A stretch of DNA of 64,000 nt, taken from positions 1 through 64,000 of the IMG/VR virus record IMGVR_UViG_3300037010_003311; one strand, 5' to 3'. Position numbers and translations under genes: made by a program. The notes under the pieces were generated by a model. The model worked only from the letters and a program-made list of their open reading frames with translations. It was not told where the DNA came from and did not search any database. Shown here piece by piece: positions 9,481 through 20,170 of this stretch; position 1 is the stretch's first letter, and each line of letters begins with the position of its first letter.

Positions 9481-9880
9481 ATTGGAACATTATAAACCAG
9501 GGAATGAAGAGTTGATTCAAGATATCAAACTTATTCATCTTAATGTAAAAAAATATGGTGTCACATTAAAAGATGCCGATATTTCCCGAGAGGATATTTT
9601 AATTATAAAAAAACCTCTAGTTGCAATACTTGAAAGTTTCGATATCCAGCTTTTAAAAACTGGTATTTTTGTCGATTTGTATAAAAAGAAACATAGTTAT
9701 TTGAAAGTAAAGATAACTATTAATCCAGTTAAATGGAAAAAGGTTGATCAGGAGTTAGTTGATAGCATATTTGATGCAGTAGATAAAGCTACTAATGGTC
9801 TGGTGAAAGTTGAATACTTTGACTCAAAGTTTCAATTTTTTAATTTATGGTTTACGGACCCAAAAAACTTAAAAGGATAA
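9470..9880 (+). CDS. hypothetical protein
   Basis: ATG after AAGGGGG. Confidence 0.6.
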   Translation: MLDKLEHYKPGNEELIQDIKLIHLNVKKYGVTLKDADISREDILIIKKPLVAILESFDIQLLKTGIFVDLYKKKHSYLKVKITINPVKWKKVDQELVDSIFDAVDKATNGLVKVEYFDSKFQFFNLWFTDPKNLKG

Positions 9881-9883
9881 ATA

Positions 9884-10324
9884 ATGATTAACAGTATTGA
9901 TTTTAAGGATAATGGTAATAGAAATTTTACTTTAAAGGGTGCCTGGTATTTCTTGGGCAATAAAAATTTTACTTTAAAAGGTGCCCGTTATTTCTTGGGT
10001 CATATGGAATTTACCTATAATGCAAAAGATCATAATTGGGAGCATTTTGTAGAACAACTTGATATCAATAAACAGGTGTTATGGTATGATAAAAATATTA
10101 TAACTTACCAAGAGGACTATGATAAAGCGGATGAGGTGATTAAGAAATATTCTTATATTTCTAGTTTTAAAAAAGAACTGAATAAGCAGACCGAAATTTG
10201 TAAACAAAAACAACTGCATATCAATGAACTTAAGCAGGCTAGAGAGACAATCCTATCTAATCAAAATGATAAGGATGCATTTATTTATGGGCTTGTGGCT
10301 GCTAAAATACTAAGATCTCAGTAA
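9884..10324 (+). CDS. hypothetical protein with a 14-aa internal tandem duplication
   Basis: NFTLKGA.YFLG twice (42-bp unit, about 9917-10000). Confidence 0.65.
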   Translation: MINSIDFKDNGNRNFTLKGAWYFLGNKNFTLKGARYFLGHMEFTYNAKDHNWEHFVEQLDINKQVLWYDKNIITYQEDYDKADEVIKKYSYISSFKKELNKQTEICKQKQLHINELKQARETILSNQNDKDAFIYGLVAAKILRSQ

Positions 10325-10360
10325 TTCAAAAATAAATATAAAAACTTAAAAGGATAAATA

Positions 10361-10915
10361 ATGAAAAACTGGAAAAATGAAATAACGGCAACAGATATAA
10401 AAGATAATGATATCCATCAGGCTATTCTAAATATCATGTATAATGAATGGAGAACTATCAAGGCCATTTCGTATGAAGATATGGTTCGTAAGTTTTGGGG
10501 TGAATATGGTGATCTCGCAGCTTTTGCTGTACTTATAGGTAAATATAATCAGCAGGTTTGTAATGGTGGTCACTATCAATACTTTGATAATGGCTATGCT
10601 GGAAAGAATATGGACCAGGATATTAGTCTTCATAAAGTTTTAATTGATCTTTTTCCAATCGAATTATTGAATGAAAAAGATCTGTTTCAAAATACAATTA
10701 TTCAAAAAGTTTATACAATTTTGAATAAGTTCAACGTTGTATTATATAATGAGGAGGATATTGATGATGATGATGATTATAGTGATGATATAGTGGCTAA
10801 TTTTAATGAACTAGAGGACTTAGACAACGAGTACTATGAAGTATCCGATCAGTTTATGATACTCTTAGAAAACTTTTTTGAAGCTAAATATCATGAACCG
10901 AGTGAAATTAAATAA
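10361..10915 (+). CDS. DMP19/DUF4375-like acidic protein (putative DNA mimic)
   Basis: QVCNGGHYQYFDN motif, very acidic, LDNEYYE. Confidence 0.6.
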   Translation: MKNWKNEITATDIKDNDIHQAILNIMYNEWRTIKAISYEDMVRKFWGEYGDLAAFAVLIGKYNQQVCNGGHYQYFDNGYAGKNMDQDISLHKVLIDLFPIELLNEKDLFQNTIIQKVYTILNKFNVVLYNEEDIDDDDDYSDDIVANFNELEDLDNEYYEVSDQFMILLENFFEAKYHEPSEIK

Positions 10916-10925
10916 AGGATAAAAG

Positions 10926-11474
10926 ATGAAAGATATAACTAAAGTATTAAAAGGCAAAATAATAGACCTTTTAAGTGGTAAGAATCAAAACGAAGGTACC
11001 TTAGAATACTCAACATCTATTAAGCAATTGATTGATACATACTATAAGTATAATACCCTTTTAGAAGCGGCTAAGCAAGTAAAATTTATAGAACCAACTA
11101 TTTTCCAAAATAGTTGGAAAACGGAGGTTGTGAAATCTAGGGGTCGACCTCGTGGTCCGGTTGGCAACATTAATCCCCAACTTGTTGATAATAAAATAAC
11201 GTTTCGGAAAAAACAGAAATCCGGCACAAAGCATACCCACCATAAATCCCCGGTATATCTAAGTCACACAATTTGGACAAATACCGAAGTTCAATTGCTT
11301 ACAGAAGCAATTGAACAATATCCGCCAAAAACTACGGTGGTTGAACTATTTAAACTATTTGACTACCGTTCAAATAGTTCAGTTTTAAGTAAGTTATATA
11401 AACTAGGTGGCTATATAAAAAATGGTCTAGTAATTAAAGATCGAAGTGATATAAATGAAAAGGTTAAAAAATGA
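10926..11474 (+). CDS. putative DNA-binding protein
   Basis: AT-hook-like RGRPR and a Myb-like WT..E..LL C-terminus. Confidence 0.45.
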   Translation: MKDITKVLKGKIIDLLSGKNQNEGTLEYSTSIKQLIDTYYKYNTLLEAAKQVKFIEPTIFQNSWKTEVVKSRGRPRGPVGNINPQLVDNKITFRKKQKSGTKHTHHKSPVYLSHTIWTNTEVQLLTEAIEQYPPKTTVVELFKLFDYRSNSSVLSKLYKLGGYIKNGLVIKDRSDINEKVKK

Positions 11475-11833
11475 ATGCAAAAAATATAATCAAAAATCTA
11501 AAACTATATGAGGACTTAGAATATTGTTCATTTGATGTTCCGATGATACCATTAGAAATAATCAGTTGGAGAGGCTCATATTCGGAACCGGCAATTGTAT
11601 GTACTACTAGTTCGAATTATCCAAAAACTAGTGTAAAAGAATGGATTGAGTTTTTTGAAAAAATTGAAGGGACTACAGTAACTGGTTATAAGGGTGGAAC
11701 GTTTACCCTTTCTGAAAATGATGACATATGGTTAGTATCTGGCCCAAGTAATGTTCACCATTGTGGAATTTCGCATATAACATGCGTTGATAACTTCGAA
11801 GTTATTATTCATACATGTTATCAGAAAGTATAA
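11471..11833 (+). CDS. phage hypothetical protein
   Basis: SWRGSY and GYKGG motifs. Confidence 0.6.
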   Translation: MNAKNIIKNLKLYEDLEYCSFDVPMIPLEIISWRGSYSEPAIVCTTSSNYPKTSVKEWIEFFEKIEGTTVTGYKGGTFTLSENDDIWLVSGPSNVHHCGISHITCVDNFEVIIHTCYQKV

Positions 11834-11835
11834 AA

Positions 11836-12105
11836 ATGAATACGAATGATAAACTAAATAGTTATGTATTTACTTTTGGATCCGGACAATTAAAAAAATT
11901 TAATGTTTCGAATCCAAATGATATAGCTTTACTAATTAAAGCTAAAACCGAGTCTGAAGCCAGACGAATAGTTTTTGATGATCCAGATATTGGATCAGAG
12001 TTTTGTACAAGTTATACACTTGATACATTCAATGAACAATTCCAAATTTATAGAATAGAATTGCTAGATCTAGTTGCTTTAAAAAAAAGGAAAACTGATG
12101 CCTAA
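11836..12105 (+). CDS. phage hypothetical protein
   Basis: YVFTFGSGQ motif. Confidence 0.55.
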   Translation: MNTNDKLNSYVFTFGSGQLKKFNVSNPNDIALLIKAKTESEARRIVFDDPDIGSEFCTSYTLDTFNEQFQIYRIELLDLVALKKRKTDA

Positions 12106-13633
12106 AGAAATAATCGAAATAATCACTAACGTTAGTAACTGCTCGAAAAGTAGTGAGAAAAAGAAAATATTAGAGGAAATAGATCTTAATACCGATTTAG
12201 GGAAAAAGTTTATAACATATATGAATTATGTTTATAACGAAGCGGATTATGTTTACAATATTAAAAATTTATTGAGTCTTTTTGATCAGGACGATATAAT
12301 TAATGAAAAACATGGTACCTTTGATATAGGAGATCTTTTTTTATTACTTGAGCAACTTAATGCTGGATCTGGGGGAAAAGATGAAAAACAATTAATTCGT
12401 GACTTTATAGACAATTCCAGTTTCGACTTATATCAGTTACTTGAGTACGCAATTGATCGCACTATTCGAGCTGGGATTGATGTTAAAGGATTAGTAAATG
12501 CTATCCCAGAACTGAGCTATTTAATTACTCCATATATGAGATGCGAGAAAGAAGAGAAGCTGGATACTAGAATTACGTATCCAGCGATTGCTCAGGTTAA
12601 GGCTGATGGTCTATTTATAAATATGATCTGTGATGAAGATATAAAATTTGTAACTCGTTATGGTAATAAGGTTGATTTTGATGGCCCCTTAAAAGTTGCT
12701 TTAAAAAACCTTTTAAGTGAAATAGTTGGTGAAAAAAGTACGGATATTAGTACCCAAGTTATAATGGGTGAGCTACTAGTACTTGATCAAAATGGTGAAC
12801 CACTACCTCGCGAGGTAGGTAATGGTTTACTAAATTCATTATTTAAACGTGTAGCAACTGAGAGAGGTCTGGAAGCAAAACTTATTAAAGCTAAAACACC
12901 AAAAGCTAAAAAGAAGTTAATGGAAGAACAGGCCTTAAATATTAGCGAATGGGAAAATACGAGAAAGAATATTGTAGCAAAAGTTTGGGACATAGTTCCT
13001 TATGAAGATTATAAGAAACTTTCATGTAGTATTCCATATAGTGATAGACTAGAAACTCTCAAAACTTTACTAGCTAATGTCCCATCGCCTAGTATAAACA
13101 TCATCGATACTAAAATAGTGAACTCAAAAAATGATATTTACAATTACTACGGTGAAGTGCTAGACAAAGGAGAAGAGGGATTAGTTGTTAAAAATTTTAA
13201 TATTACTTGGAAGCATGGTACTAGCACCGAGGGTATGATTAAAATGAAAGAATTCTTTGACTGTGATCTTAAGATCACTGGTTGGGTACCAGGTGAAGAT
13301 AGTTATACTGGTGGTATTGGAGCACTAATATGTGAAAGTTCCGATGGAATAATAAAGGTTGACCCTAGTTCTGGATTAAGTATGGCTCAACGTGGACTAC
13401 AAAGAGTCGACGAAGAGGACTCAAGTAAAGGTTGGGAACCGATCCCATGCTTCGATTTAAATCAATACACAGGTTTAATAGCAGCAATAAAGTTTAATAC
13501 TCTTATGGTTGAAAAGGAAGATGGTACTAGATCTCTATTTTTACCAAAAATTGTAGAGATTCGGGATCCATCGGATAAACGCGAGGCGGATAGTATAGAA
13601 GATATATTATCAGAAATTAAATCAAAAAAATAG
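12098..13633 (+). CDS. ATP-dependent DNA ligase (T4 gp30-like)
   Basis: KADG adenylation motif, MGEL, EGLVVK, C-terminal SLFLP..VEIR..DK. Confidence 0.92.
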   Translation: MPKEIIEIITNVSNCSKSSEKKKILEEIDLNTDLGKKFITYMNYVYNEADYVYNIKNLLSLFDQDDIINEKHGTFDIGDLFLLLEQLNAGSGGKDEKQLIRDFIDNSSFDLYQLLEYAIDRTIRAGIDVKGLVNAIPELSYLITPYMRCEKEEKLDTRITYPAIAQVKADGLFINMICDEDIKFVTRYGNKVDFDGPLKVALKNLLSEIVGEKSTDISTQVIMGELLVLDQNGEPLPREVGNGLLNSLFKRVATERGLEAKLIKAKTPKAKKKLMEEQALNISEWENTRKNIVAKVWDIVPYEDYKKLSCSIPYSDRLETLKTLLANVPSPSINIIDTKIVNSKNDIYNYYGEVLDKGEEGLVVKNFNITWKHGTSTEGMIKMKEFFDCDLKITGWVPGEDSYTGGIGALICESSDGIIKVDPSSGLSMAQRGLQRVDEEDSSKGWEPIPCFDLNQYTGLIAAIKFNTLMVEKEDGTRSLFLPKIVEIRDPSDKREADSIEDILSEIKSKK

Positions 13634-13687
13634 AAATAATAGTTATTTTTATTTCTATTTAAATTAAATAAAGGATAAAGGATAAAG

Positions 13688-14278
13688 ATGATGCAAGAAC
13701 CTCTTACCGAAGAAAAAGGGATTGAAATACTTAAAGAGTATTTTGAACACGATGCCGATGCTCAGAAATATTTAAAAGCTTTTGAAGATGGTGAAACCTT
13801 AGTTAACTGTTTAAGACGTATTTCAATGCGTCGAAGTAATGGTGTAAAACCAAAGGTAATTGCTTGGAACTTTTACCAAGCTAAATTGATCAACTTGGCT
13901 CAACTTGGTTTTATAATCAACATCGGGCCAAACGAACGATTAATCACACAAAAATTAAAAAGCTTTAATTCTACATATTTTTTAGAATCTGATGGTTGTA
14001 ACTTTGCTTTCTCTACTATTAGTGATTCAGTTATGGCTAAATATTTTTTAGGGGAAAGGTTCACCAAGAATACTACTTTCTCGAACCAGATACAGATAGC
14101 TAAAACTAAAAAAAATTCGTCTGATATTGATCCGGATTGGTATAAAAATGCTATCGAAGATTGGATGAAAAAAAATAATTTTACCGAGATTCCTTATTAT
14201 GAGGGAAATAAACCTATAAACAGAGAAGCAAAACTTCAAGTTAAGCGGCAACGCATGAATACAAAAGATAAGGACTAA
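13688..14278 (+). CDS. hypothetical protein
   Basis: ORF with RBS. Confidence 0.65.
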   Translation: MMQEPLTEEKGIEILKEYFEHDADAQKYLKAFEDGETLVNCLRRISMRRSNGVKPKVIAWNFYQAKLINLAQLGFIINIGPNERLITQKLKSFNSTYFLESDGCNFAFSTISDSVMAKYFLGERFTKNTTFSNQIQIAKTKKNSSDIDPDWYKNAIEDWMKKNNFTEIPYYEGNKPINREAKLQVKRQRMNTKDKD

Positions 14279-14279
14279 T

Positions 14280-14903
14280 ATGTGTGAAAAATATAATGAT
14301 AATCAAGTTAAAGTTAATTTTGGGAAAATTATACAAACTACAAAAATCGTTCCAGGATTTAAATACATCAAACCATCTAAAATAGTTGGGGAGGTTAATG
14401 GTAAGAATATTGAATGGGAATCAATTAAACAAAAGGATTCGGTTCATATTATTATTAATGACAAAGTTCGGGAGGAGATTATTTTAGTTCTCCAAGTAAG
14501 GTTACCGGTTTATGTAAATGATCGAAACCATAATGGGTTTGTATTTGAGGCATGTGCTGGTCTGGTTGATAAAGAATTCTCTGGTACTAAAATTGAAAAT
14601 CTTAAAAAGATTGCTCAAGAAGAACTAGCAGAAGAGATAGGTTTAATCGCCTCAACTAACAGTTTAAAGTATATTCGGACTATTAAAACAAACGTTGGTA
14701 TTAGTGGTAGTAATGCTTATTTATTCTACCTCGACTTCCAAAATTGTATGATGGCTAAACCAAAAGAGGAAGACCTCCCGATCAGTCTTGCAAAATTATC
14801 ATATAATGATGTTAATGAATTTATTATGGATGATGAAATAAATACTGATGCAGTAACTTTATTTCTTATTTCCTATGTAATGAATCGTGAGTTTGAAAAA
14901 TAG
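14280..14903 (+). CDS. Nudix hydrolase (NudF/NudK-like)
   Basis: Q.R.P, EACAGLVD..AQEELAEEIG Nudix box. Confidence 0.85.
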   Translation: MCEKYNDNQVKVNFGKIIQTTKIVPGFKYIKPSKIVGEVNGKNIEWESIKQKDSVHIIINDKVREEIILVLQVRLPVYVNDRNHNGFVFEACAGLVDKEFSGTKIENLKKIAQEELAEEIGLIASTNSLKYIRTIKTNVGISGSNAYLFYLDFQNCMMAKPKEEDLPISLAKLSYNDVNEFIMDDEINTDAVTLFLISYVMNREFEK

Positions 14904-14911
14904 GGGGTAAA

Positions 14912-15121
14912 ATGGGTAATAATATATATATCAAACATGGTTTCAAATCAAGAAACGATTATTTACTTGATTTGGCTGATAGCTATGGAGTAGAACCCGA
15001 AAAGGTTTTTCAATTGGCTAATATGCTTGGGGAAACCGAAGATTTTGATGGTTTAGTAACTGCTATTCAGGATATGGATTGGGATATGAAAGGTTACGAT
15101 GATAATTGGGATGACGAATGA
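14912..15121 (+). CDS. small acidic hypothetical protein
   Basis: RBS; overlaps topoisomerase start. Confidence 0.6.
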   Translation: MGNNIYIKHGFKSRNDYLLDLADSYGVEPEKVFQLANMLGETEDFDGLVTAIQDMDWDMKGYDDNWDDE

Positions 15122-17016
15122 AAGAAAATAAAGTCAAAAAACTCAATTTTATTGAAAAGGTTTTGAAGCGACCCGCTCGCTTCATTGGTAGTACGCAAAT
15201 ACAAACTCATACCCGGCACATATTAAACGATGAGACTAAAAAAATTGAATATAAAAGTATTCAATATTCGCCAGGGTTAATCAAAATATTCAAAGAGCCT
15301 TTGGATAATGCATTGGATGAAGCAGTACGTACAAACTTTAAAATTTGTAATAAAATTGAGATAACTATTAAAGATGGTTGGATTGAAATTATAGATAATG
15401 GTCGAGGAATTCCTTCGGAAATTGGGGAAGATGAACACAAGGTGCCGACATTAGTTGCTGACTTATGTTGGTGTCATCTAGATGCTGGATCAAATTTTGA
15501 TGATGAAGAAACCAACCAAACTGCTGGTCAGAATGGGGAAGGGGTTTGTCTTACCAATATTTTCAGCAAAGAATTTATTGGGGAAACACAAGATGGTAAA
15601 TTATTTACTACTTTAAAATGTAGTAATAATCTTGGTACAAAAGATTTGAACCAAAGTAAAATTAAAAATAAAAAAACTTTTACCAAAGTTAAATTTTTAC
15701 CCGATTATAGTAAGTTTAATGTTACTAGTATAGAAGATTTTGATCATATGGCATTAATTAAATTCGATATAATTAATGCTAGTGTAAATTTTCCACTTGT
15801 AGATATCTATCTTAATGGGGAACTGGTTAAATATAGTTTTAGTGATTACTGTGGCCTATTCCAAGTAGAAACTTATGAATCTTTCAGATACCGGGGTTTG
15901 GATATTATGGTGTTCCCTAGTGAGGAGGAGTTTCAGTTTATACATTTTATTAATGGTATAAACGTTAATCGTGGTGGTACTGCTTTAGATTGGGTAACTG
16001 ATAATATAGTAGATGAACTTCGTGATAAATTGTCTCGAGGTTGTAAAGGTATTAAACCAGGGGATATTAAAAACAAGCTTGGGCTAATTGCTATATTTTA
16101 TGGGATGTATAATCCTAGGTTTGAAGATCAGGCTAAAACGATTTGTGAAACTACTTATGTACAATTTAAATCACAAATCGAAGATATTAATTTCGAAAAG
16201 CTTGGTAATACAATTTATAAAAATAAAGTAATTATCGATCCAATAATTGCACTATTCCAAGCTAAAGCCTCGGCTGAGGATATGAAAGCTATTAAAGCCA
16301 AAGATAAAATTCTTAAGAAAAAAGAGGTTGAGAAATATAAACCGGCTTTTAAAAAGAAATATGGTTTAATACTATCCGAAGGAGATAGTGCGATCGATTC
16401 TGTTGTAGCAAATGTTGGTAGAGAGAACTATGGGTTCTTACCCACTAGTGGGGTTCCACAAAACTCACTAGAAAAAGAGACTAGTAAAATCATTAATAGT
16501 GATAAATTTGCAGATCTCGCAGTGGTACTTGGTATCGAGTTTAGTAAAGCACCAAAGGAGGTATTAAATTATGAAATCATTATTCTGGGTATGGATGCCG
16601 ATTACGATGGCATTCATATTATTGGGCTTTATCTTGCCTTTTTTTATAGGTATTGTCCTGCCTATTTATTTGGTGGAAAAATTTTTATATTTAAAACGCC
16701 AGTAGCGATGTTAAAAGATAGGAATGATAAAACCATAGATGTATTCCTTACCCAAGCTGAATTCGAAAAGTATTCCAAAAATCCAAAAGCTAAATACCAC
16801 ACGGAAATTAAAAAAGGTCTTGGTTCACTAAGTGAAACTGAATGGGATGAATTTTTTAATATAATCCCATTTGAAAAAACTCTGGAGCCACTTATAGTTA
16901 AAAATAAAGAAGCCGTCGAGGATATACTTTATAACTGGTTAGGTGACTCTAATCATAATATTACTTACAGGAAGCAACAGATAATCGATTATAGAAAAAA
17001 TAAAAAGGAGACGTAA
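15118..17016 (+). CDS. type IIA DNA topoisomerase large subunit (GHKL ATPase + TOPRIM; T4 gp39+gp60-like)
   Basis: EPLDNALDE, DNGRGIP, GQNGEG, EGDSA, DADYDG, KGLGS. Confidence 0.95.
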   Translation: MKENKVKKLNFIEKVLKRPARFIGSTQIQTHTRHILNDETKKIEYKSIQYSPGLIKIFKEPLDNALDEAVRTNFKICNKIEITIKDGWIEIIDNGRGIPSEIGEDEHKVPTLVADLCWCHLDAGSNFDDEETNQTAGQNGEGVCLTNIFSKEFIGETQDGKLFTTLKCSNNLGTKDLNQSKIKNKKTFTKVKFLPDYSKFNVTSIEDFDHMALIKFDIINASVNFPLVDIYLNGELVKYSFSDYCGLFQVETYESFRYRGLDIMVFPSEEEFQFIHFINGINVNRGGTALDWVTDNIVDELRDKLSRGCKGIKPGDIKNKLGLIAIFYGMYNPRFEDQAKTICETTYVQFKSQIEDINFEKLGNTIYKNKVIIDPIIALFQAKASAEDMKAIKAKDKILKKKEVEKYKPAFKKKYGLILSEGDSAIDSVVANVGRENYGFLPTSGVPQNSLEKETSKIINSDKFADLAVVLGIEFSKAPKEVLNYEIIILGMDADYDGIHIIGLYLAFFYRYCPAYLFGGKIFIFKTPVAMLKDRNDKTIDVFLTQAEFEKYSKNPKAKYHTEIKKGLGSLSETEWDEFFNIIPFEKTLEPLIVKNKEAVEDILYNWLGDSNHNITYRKQQIIDYRKNKKET

Positions 17017-17450
17017 TGAACAGATATGAAAAGCGGTTTTTACGAATTGATAGGGAAAAAGCCAGAAAAAATAAAATGGTGAAACCTAAACCAGTAATCA
17101 ATACTGAGCGAGTAAAGGCTATCTCATTAGCGATAGCTGAATACTTTAAAAATTCGGAAAAATATAAACAGGAACCAAAACCGCGACCAAAACAGTATTA
17201 TACTGTGCCCAGAATATTGAAACGATTTCAAAAAGAAGTATCCATAACATTAATAAACGAAATTAAAAACTTACCAAGAGATCGGATTAATATTAATTAT
17301 CTCAGTAAGAAATTTAACGTTAGTATCAAGACCATATATAGTTGGAAAAAATTTGGGTTTGATATTATTAACAGCGAAGTAGATAAAATACAATTTATTG
17401 AGGCTGTACAAAATAGCCCGAAAAAATTTATAATTCGGTGGGGTGAATAA
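17016..17450 (+). CDS. basic helix-turn-helix protein
   Basis: INYLSKKFNVSIKTIYSW HTH-like segment. Confidence 0.55.
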   Translation: MNRYEKRFLRIDREKARKNKMVKPKPVINTERVKAISLAIAEYFKNSEKYKQEPKPRPKQYYTVPRILKRFQKEVSITLINEIKNLPRDRININYLSKKFNVSIKTIYSWKKFGFDIINSEVDKIQFIEAVQNSPKKFIIRWGE

Positions 17451-17462
17451 TGAGGACTAACT

Positions 17463-18938
17463 ATGTTTATTGAAGATTTCTTTAATGAGGAATACGTAGT
17501 TTTTGCGAACTACCGGACGACGCAACGGTTACCAAATTACGATGGATTAATTGAAACCCAACGTAAGGTGGTTTATACATTCCTGGAATTAAATAAAACC
17601 GGAAAAGAGAAAACCGTAACCTTAATATCAGACGTAATGAAACATACCCATTATAATCACGGGGATAAATCGGTTGGTACCGTTATTAATACTTTAGCTG
17701 CGAGTTGGGGAAATAATATTCCTTTACTTACTGAAGATGGTTCATTTGGTTACAGGTCTAATAACCGAGCTGCCGATTCCAGATATACCTATACTAGGAT
17801 GAAAGAGTATTTAAAAGTACTTTTTAATCCAATTGATAATGAACATTTCGTAGATAAAAAGACAGATGGTGATGGCAATAAAATAGAACCAAATTCTTTA
17901 ATACCAATTTTACCACTCTTAATAATAAATGGGCAAAATCAAATTGGTGTAGGATTTGCTACTAAGGTCTTACCGAGAGATCCAAAGGTTATAATAGGTC
18001 TTATTAAGGATATATTAGAAAAGAAAACCACTAAAATACCAAGTAATATTGCTCCTTGGTATTGGTGCTTTAATGGTACCATAGAACCAGTATTAAATAG
18101 TTCGAGTTGGAATATCAATGGTTTATGGAGCAGAGGTAAAAATAATACAATTATAATTACAGAAGTTCCATTTAAGTATGATCGAGACGGGTATTTAAAG
18201 CTATTAAACGATCTAAAAGAACCACAAGTAGTCAAAGCTATTAAAACCAAGAAAGGTGACCCTAAGCTTGAGATTACACCAGTTATAAGTTATAAAGAGA
18301 ATATAAATAAAAATTCTTTTTATCTAGAAGTTAAAGTAGATAAACTGATTTACGATCTACCGGATAATAAATTAGAAGAATTTTTATCGTTGACTTCTAC
18401 CGAATCGGAATTCTTCACAATTATAAATGAAAAGAATGAAATAGTTAGTATAGAAAACATTGGGGTATATCTTTATAACTTTATTAAATGGCGGCTTGGT
18501 ATTTATACTAAACGAAAAGCATATTTGCTAAAAAAGATGAAAGATGATATCCAGACTATTAAAGAAATAGTTCGATTCATTAACTTAGTGAATAATAATG
18601 TTATCATTATCCATAAGCAGAGTAAAGCCAATTTAATTAAGCAGATTGAAAATAACCAGTTTCTACCAATTAATGATTCTTTTAATTATATACTTAATGT
18701 AAAAATTTATGAACTTACAACGGAAAGGATTATTGATTATTTAGATGAAGTAGATAAGTTACAGAAAGAACATGATAGGCTTGAAAAGGTTACAATTTCT
18801 GAACTTTGGTTGGAGGATATTAAAAAATTTGAAGCTTTATTTTTTAAAAATGAAAAGGTTCCAAAAGTATTAAAACCAAAACCAGAGAAGTTAGGAAAAC
18901 CAGAGAAAAAGACAAGAACCAAAAAAGGAGCAATATGA
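17463..18938 (+). CDS. type IIA DNA topoisomerase breakage-reunion subunit (T4 gp52-like)
   Basis: DGL..QRK, YNHGD, AADSRY catalytic Tyr, IGVGFAT, ITEVP. Confidence 0.95.
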   Translation: MFIEDFFNEEYVVFANYRTTQRLPNYDGLIETQRKVVYTFLELNKTGKEKTVTLISDVMKHTHYNHGDKSVGTVINTLAASWGNNIPLLTEDGSFGYRSNNRAADSRYTYTRMKEYLKVLFNPIDNEHFVDKKTDGDGNKIEPNSLIPILPLLIINGQNQIGVGFATKVLPRDPKVIIGLIKDILEKKTTKIPSNIAPWYWCFNGTIEPVLNSSSWNINGLWSRGKNNTIIITEVPFKYDRDGYLKLLNDLKEPQVVKAIKTKKGDPKLEITPVISYKENINKNSFYLEVKVDKLIYDLPDNKLEEFLSLTSTESEFFTIINEKNEIVSIENIGVYLYNFIKWRLGIYTKRKAYLLKKMKDDIQTIKEIVRFINLVNNNVIIIHKQSKANLIKQIENNQFLPINDSFNYILNVKIYELTTERIIDYLDEVDKLQKEHDRLEKVTISELWLEDIKKFEALFFKNEKVPKVLKPKPEKLGKPEKKTRTKKGAI

Positions 18939-19228
18939 ATTATGATATAAGTGTCGTAGTAGATCTTATTCGTATTAAGGTTGAAAATGCTGGCTATAAA
19001 CTCCGGCAGATAAATTTGAAAAAAATAGATAGTGAAATTTTTTGTTTCACTATACAAGGCGCTGATGGCAGAAGAGCCCCTTTAACTATTAGTAATAATC
19101 GGGATTGGTCAAAATTCGTAATGGAAAATATCACTAGGTTTATTTATCCAGGTTGGGGGATACTTTGTGGTGGAGCTGGAAATTTTTCAGAGCCATATTA
19201 TTTTAAACTTTATAAAGTTAATAGCTAG
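18935..19228 (+). CDS. hypothetical protein
   Basis: AAGGAG RBS, coupled start. Confidence 0.55.
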   Translation: MNYDISVVVDLIRIKVENAGYKLRQINLKKIDSEIFCFTIQGADGRRAPLTISNNRDWSKFVMENITRFIYPGWGILCGGAGNFSEPYYFKLYKVNS

Positions 19229-19255
19229 GGATCTAAAATTAAATAAAGGATAAAG

Positions 19256-19627
19256 GTGACACATGAAATTAAGGAAATAACTTTTTTACATACTAATACT
19301 ATGTGTAAGTTATTAAAGATAAAAAAATATATTGAGGAGGATGATCCGGTTTGTTTATTTGATAAAATGAGATTATACTTTAATATATCCGATATTTTTG
19401 TATTCAAATTGAATACCAGAAAAGATCATTCATTACTAATACCTAAACCTCTTATCCAGAGAGATATGATTATTAAGGTACCAATTTATCTTCGAGAAGA
19501 TATCGGTTCATTCGTAGGCAAAAAAGCTAATAACCTTAAACGGTTATTAACAGAAATAAACGAATACAGTTCCCGATATAATCTATCAGAAGTTAAAACA
19601 ATAAACTATGTGGGATTCGACTTATGA
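19256..19627 (+). CDS. protein with KH-like RNA-binding motif
   Basis: IGSFVGKKANNLKRL resembles the KH GxxG region. Confidence 0.45.
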   Translation: MTHEIKEITFLHTNTMCKLLKIKKYIEEDDPVCLFDKMRLYFNISDIFVFKLNTRKDHSLLIPKPLIQRDMIIKVPIYLREDIGSFVGKKANNLKRLLTEINEYSSRYNLSEVKTINYVGFDL

Positions 19628-19866
19628 AAACCTTAATAATATTAATAATTTTAATAAGTTCAATTTTTGCCACAACGAATACACAAAATAAATGTGATTT
19701 ACCATTTGAAACATTTATTAAAAATAGAGAGCAAGAAAATTGCAAAAGTATAAAAATTGCAGCTCTAGCTTTTACTCAACTCCAATCATTAAGGTGTAAA
19801 CTAGATGACCTAGATATAGATCTTGGACATTATGTATTGGAACAAGCGAAATATTGTACCGATTAA
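19624..19866 (+). CDS. small secreted Cys-containing protein
   Basis: signal peptide, four Cys. Confidence 0.55.
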   Translation: MKTLIILIILISSIFATTNTQNKCDLPFETFIKNREQENCKSIKIAALAFTQLQSLRCKLDDLDIDLGHYVLEQAKYCTD

Positions 19867-19878
19867 AAGGAGAGAAAA

Positions 19879-20160
19879 ATGGAAATATGTGCAAAAGACC
19901 TAAAGCAGTTTGGTTATAATTCCGAGCAGTCTAGATCCATAATTACAACTCTGATCCGAGAAAATGTACCATATGTATCCCAGCTACCGGAAGGAACTAC
20001 AAACTTACGTCTCAGTACTCGGTATTTAGATATTGATGTTTGCATTAATACTTTAACTAGGATTATTCAAGAAAATCGGGTCCCTTGGATAAAAAATCAT
20101 ATTGAGCATAAGAAAAAAATACTAGAAGCTCTAATAGAGATTAAAAAGATTAAAAATTAA
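19879..20160 (+). CDS. hypothetical protein
   Basis: AAGGAG RBS. Confidence 0.6.
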   Translation: MEICAKDLKQFGYNSEQSRSIITTLIRENVPYVSQLPEGTTNLRLSTRYLDIDVCINTLTRIIQENRVPWIKNHIEHKKKILEALIEIKKIKN

Positions 20161-20170
20161 AAGGATTAAA

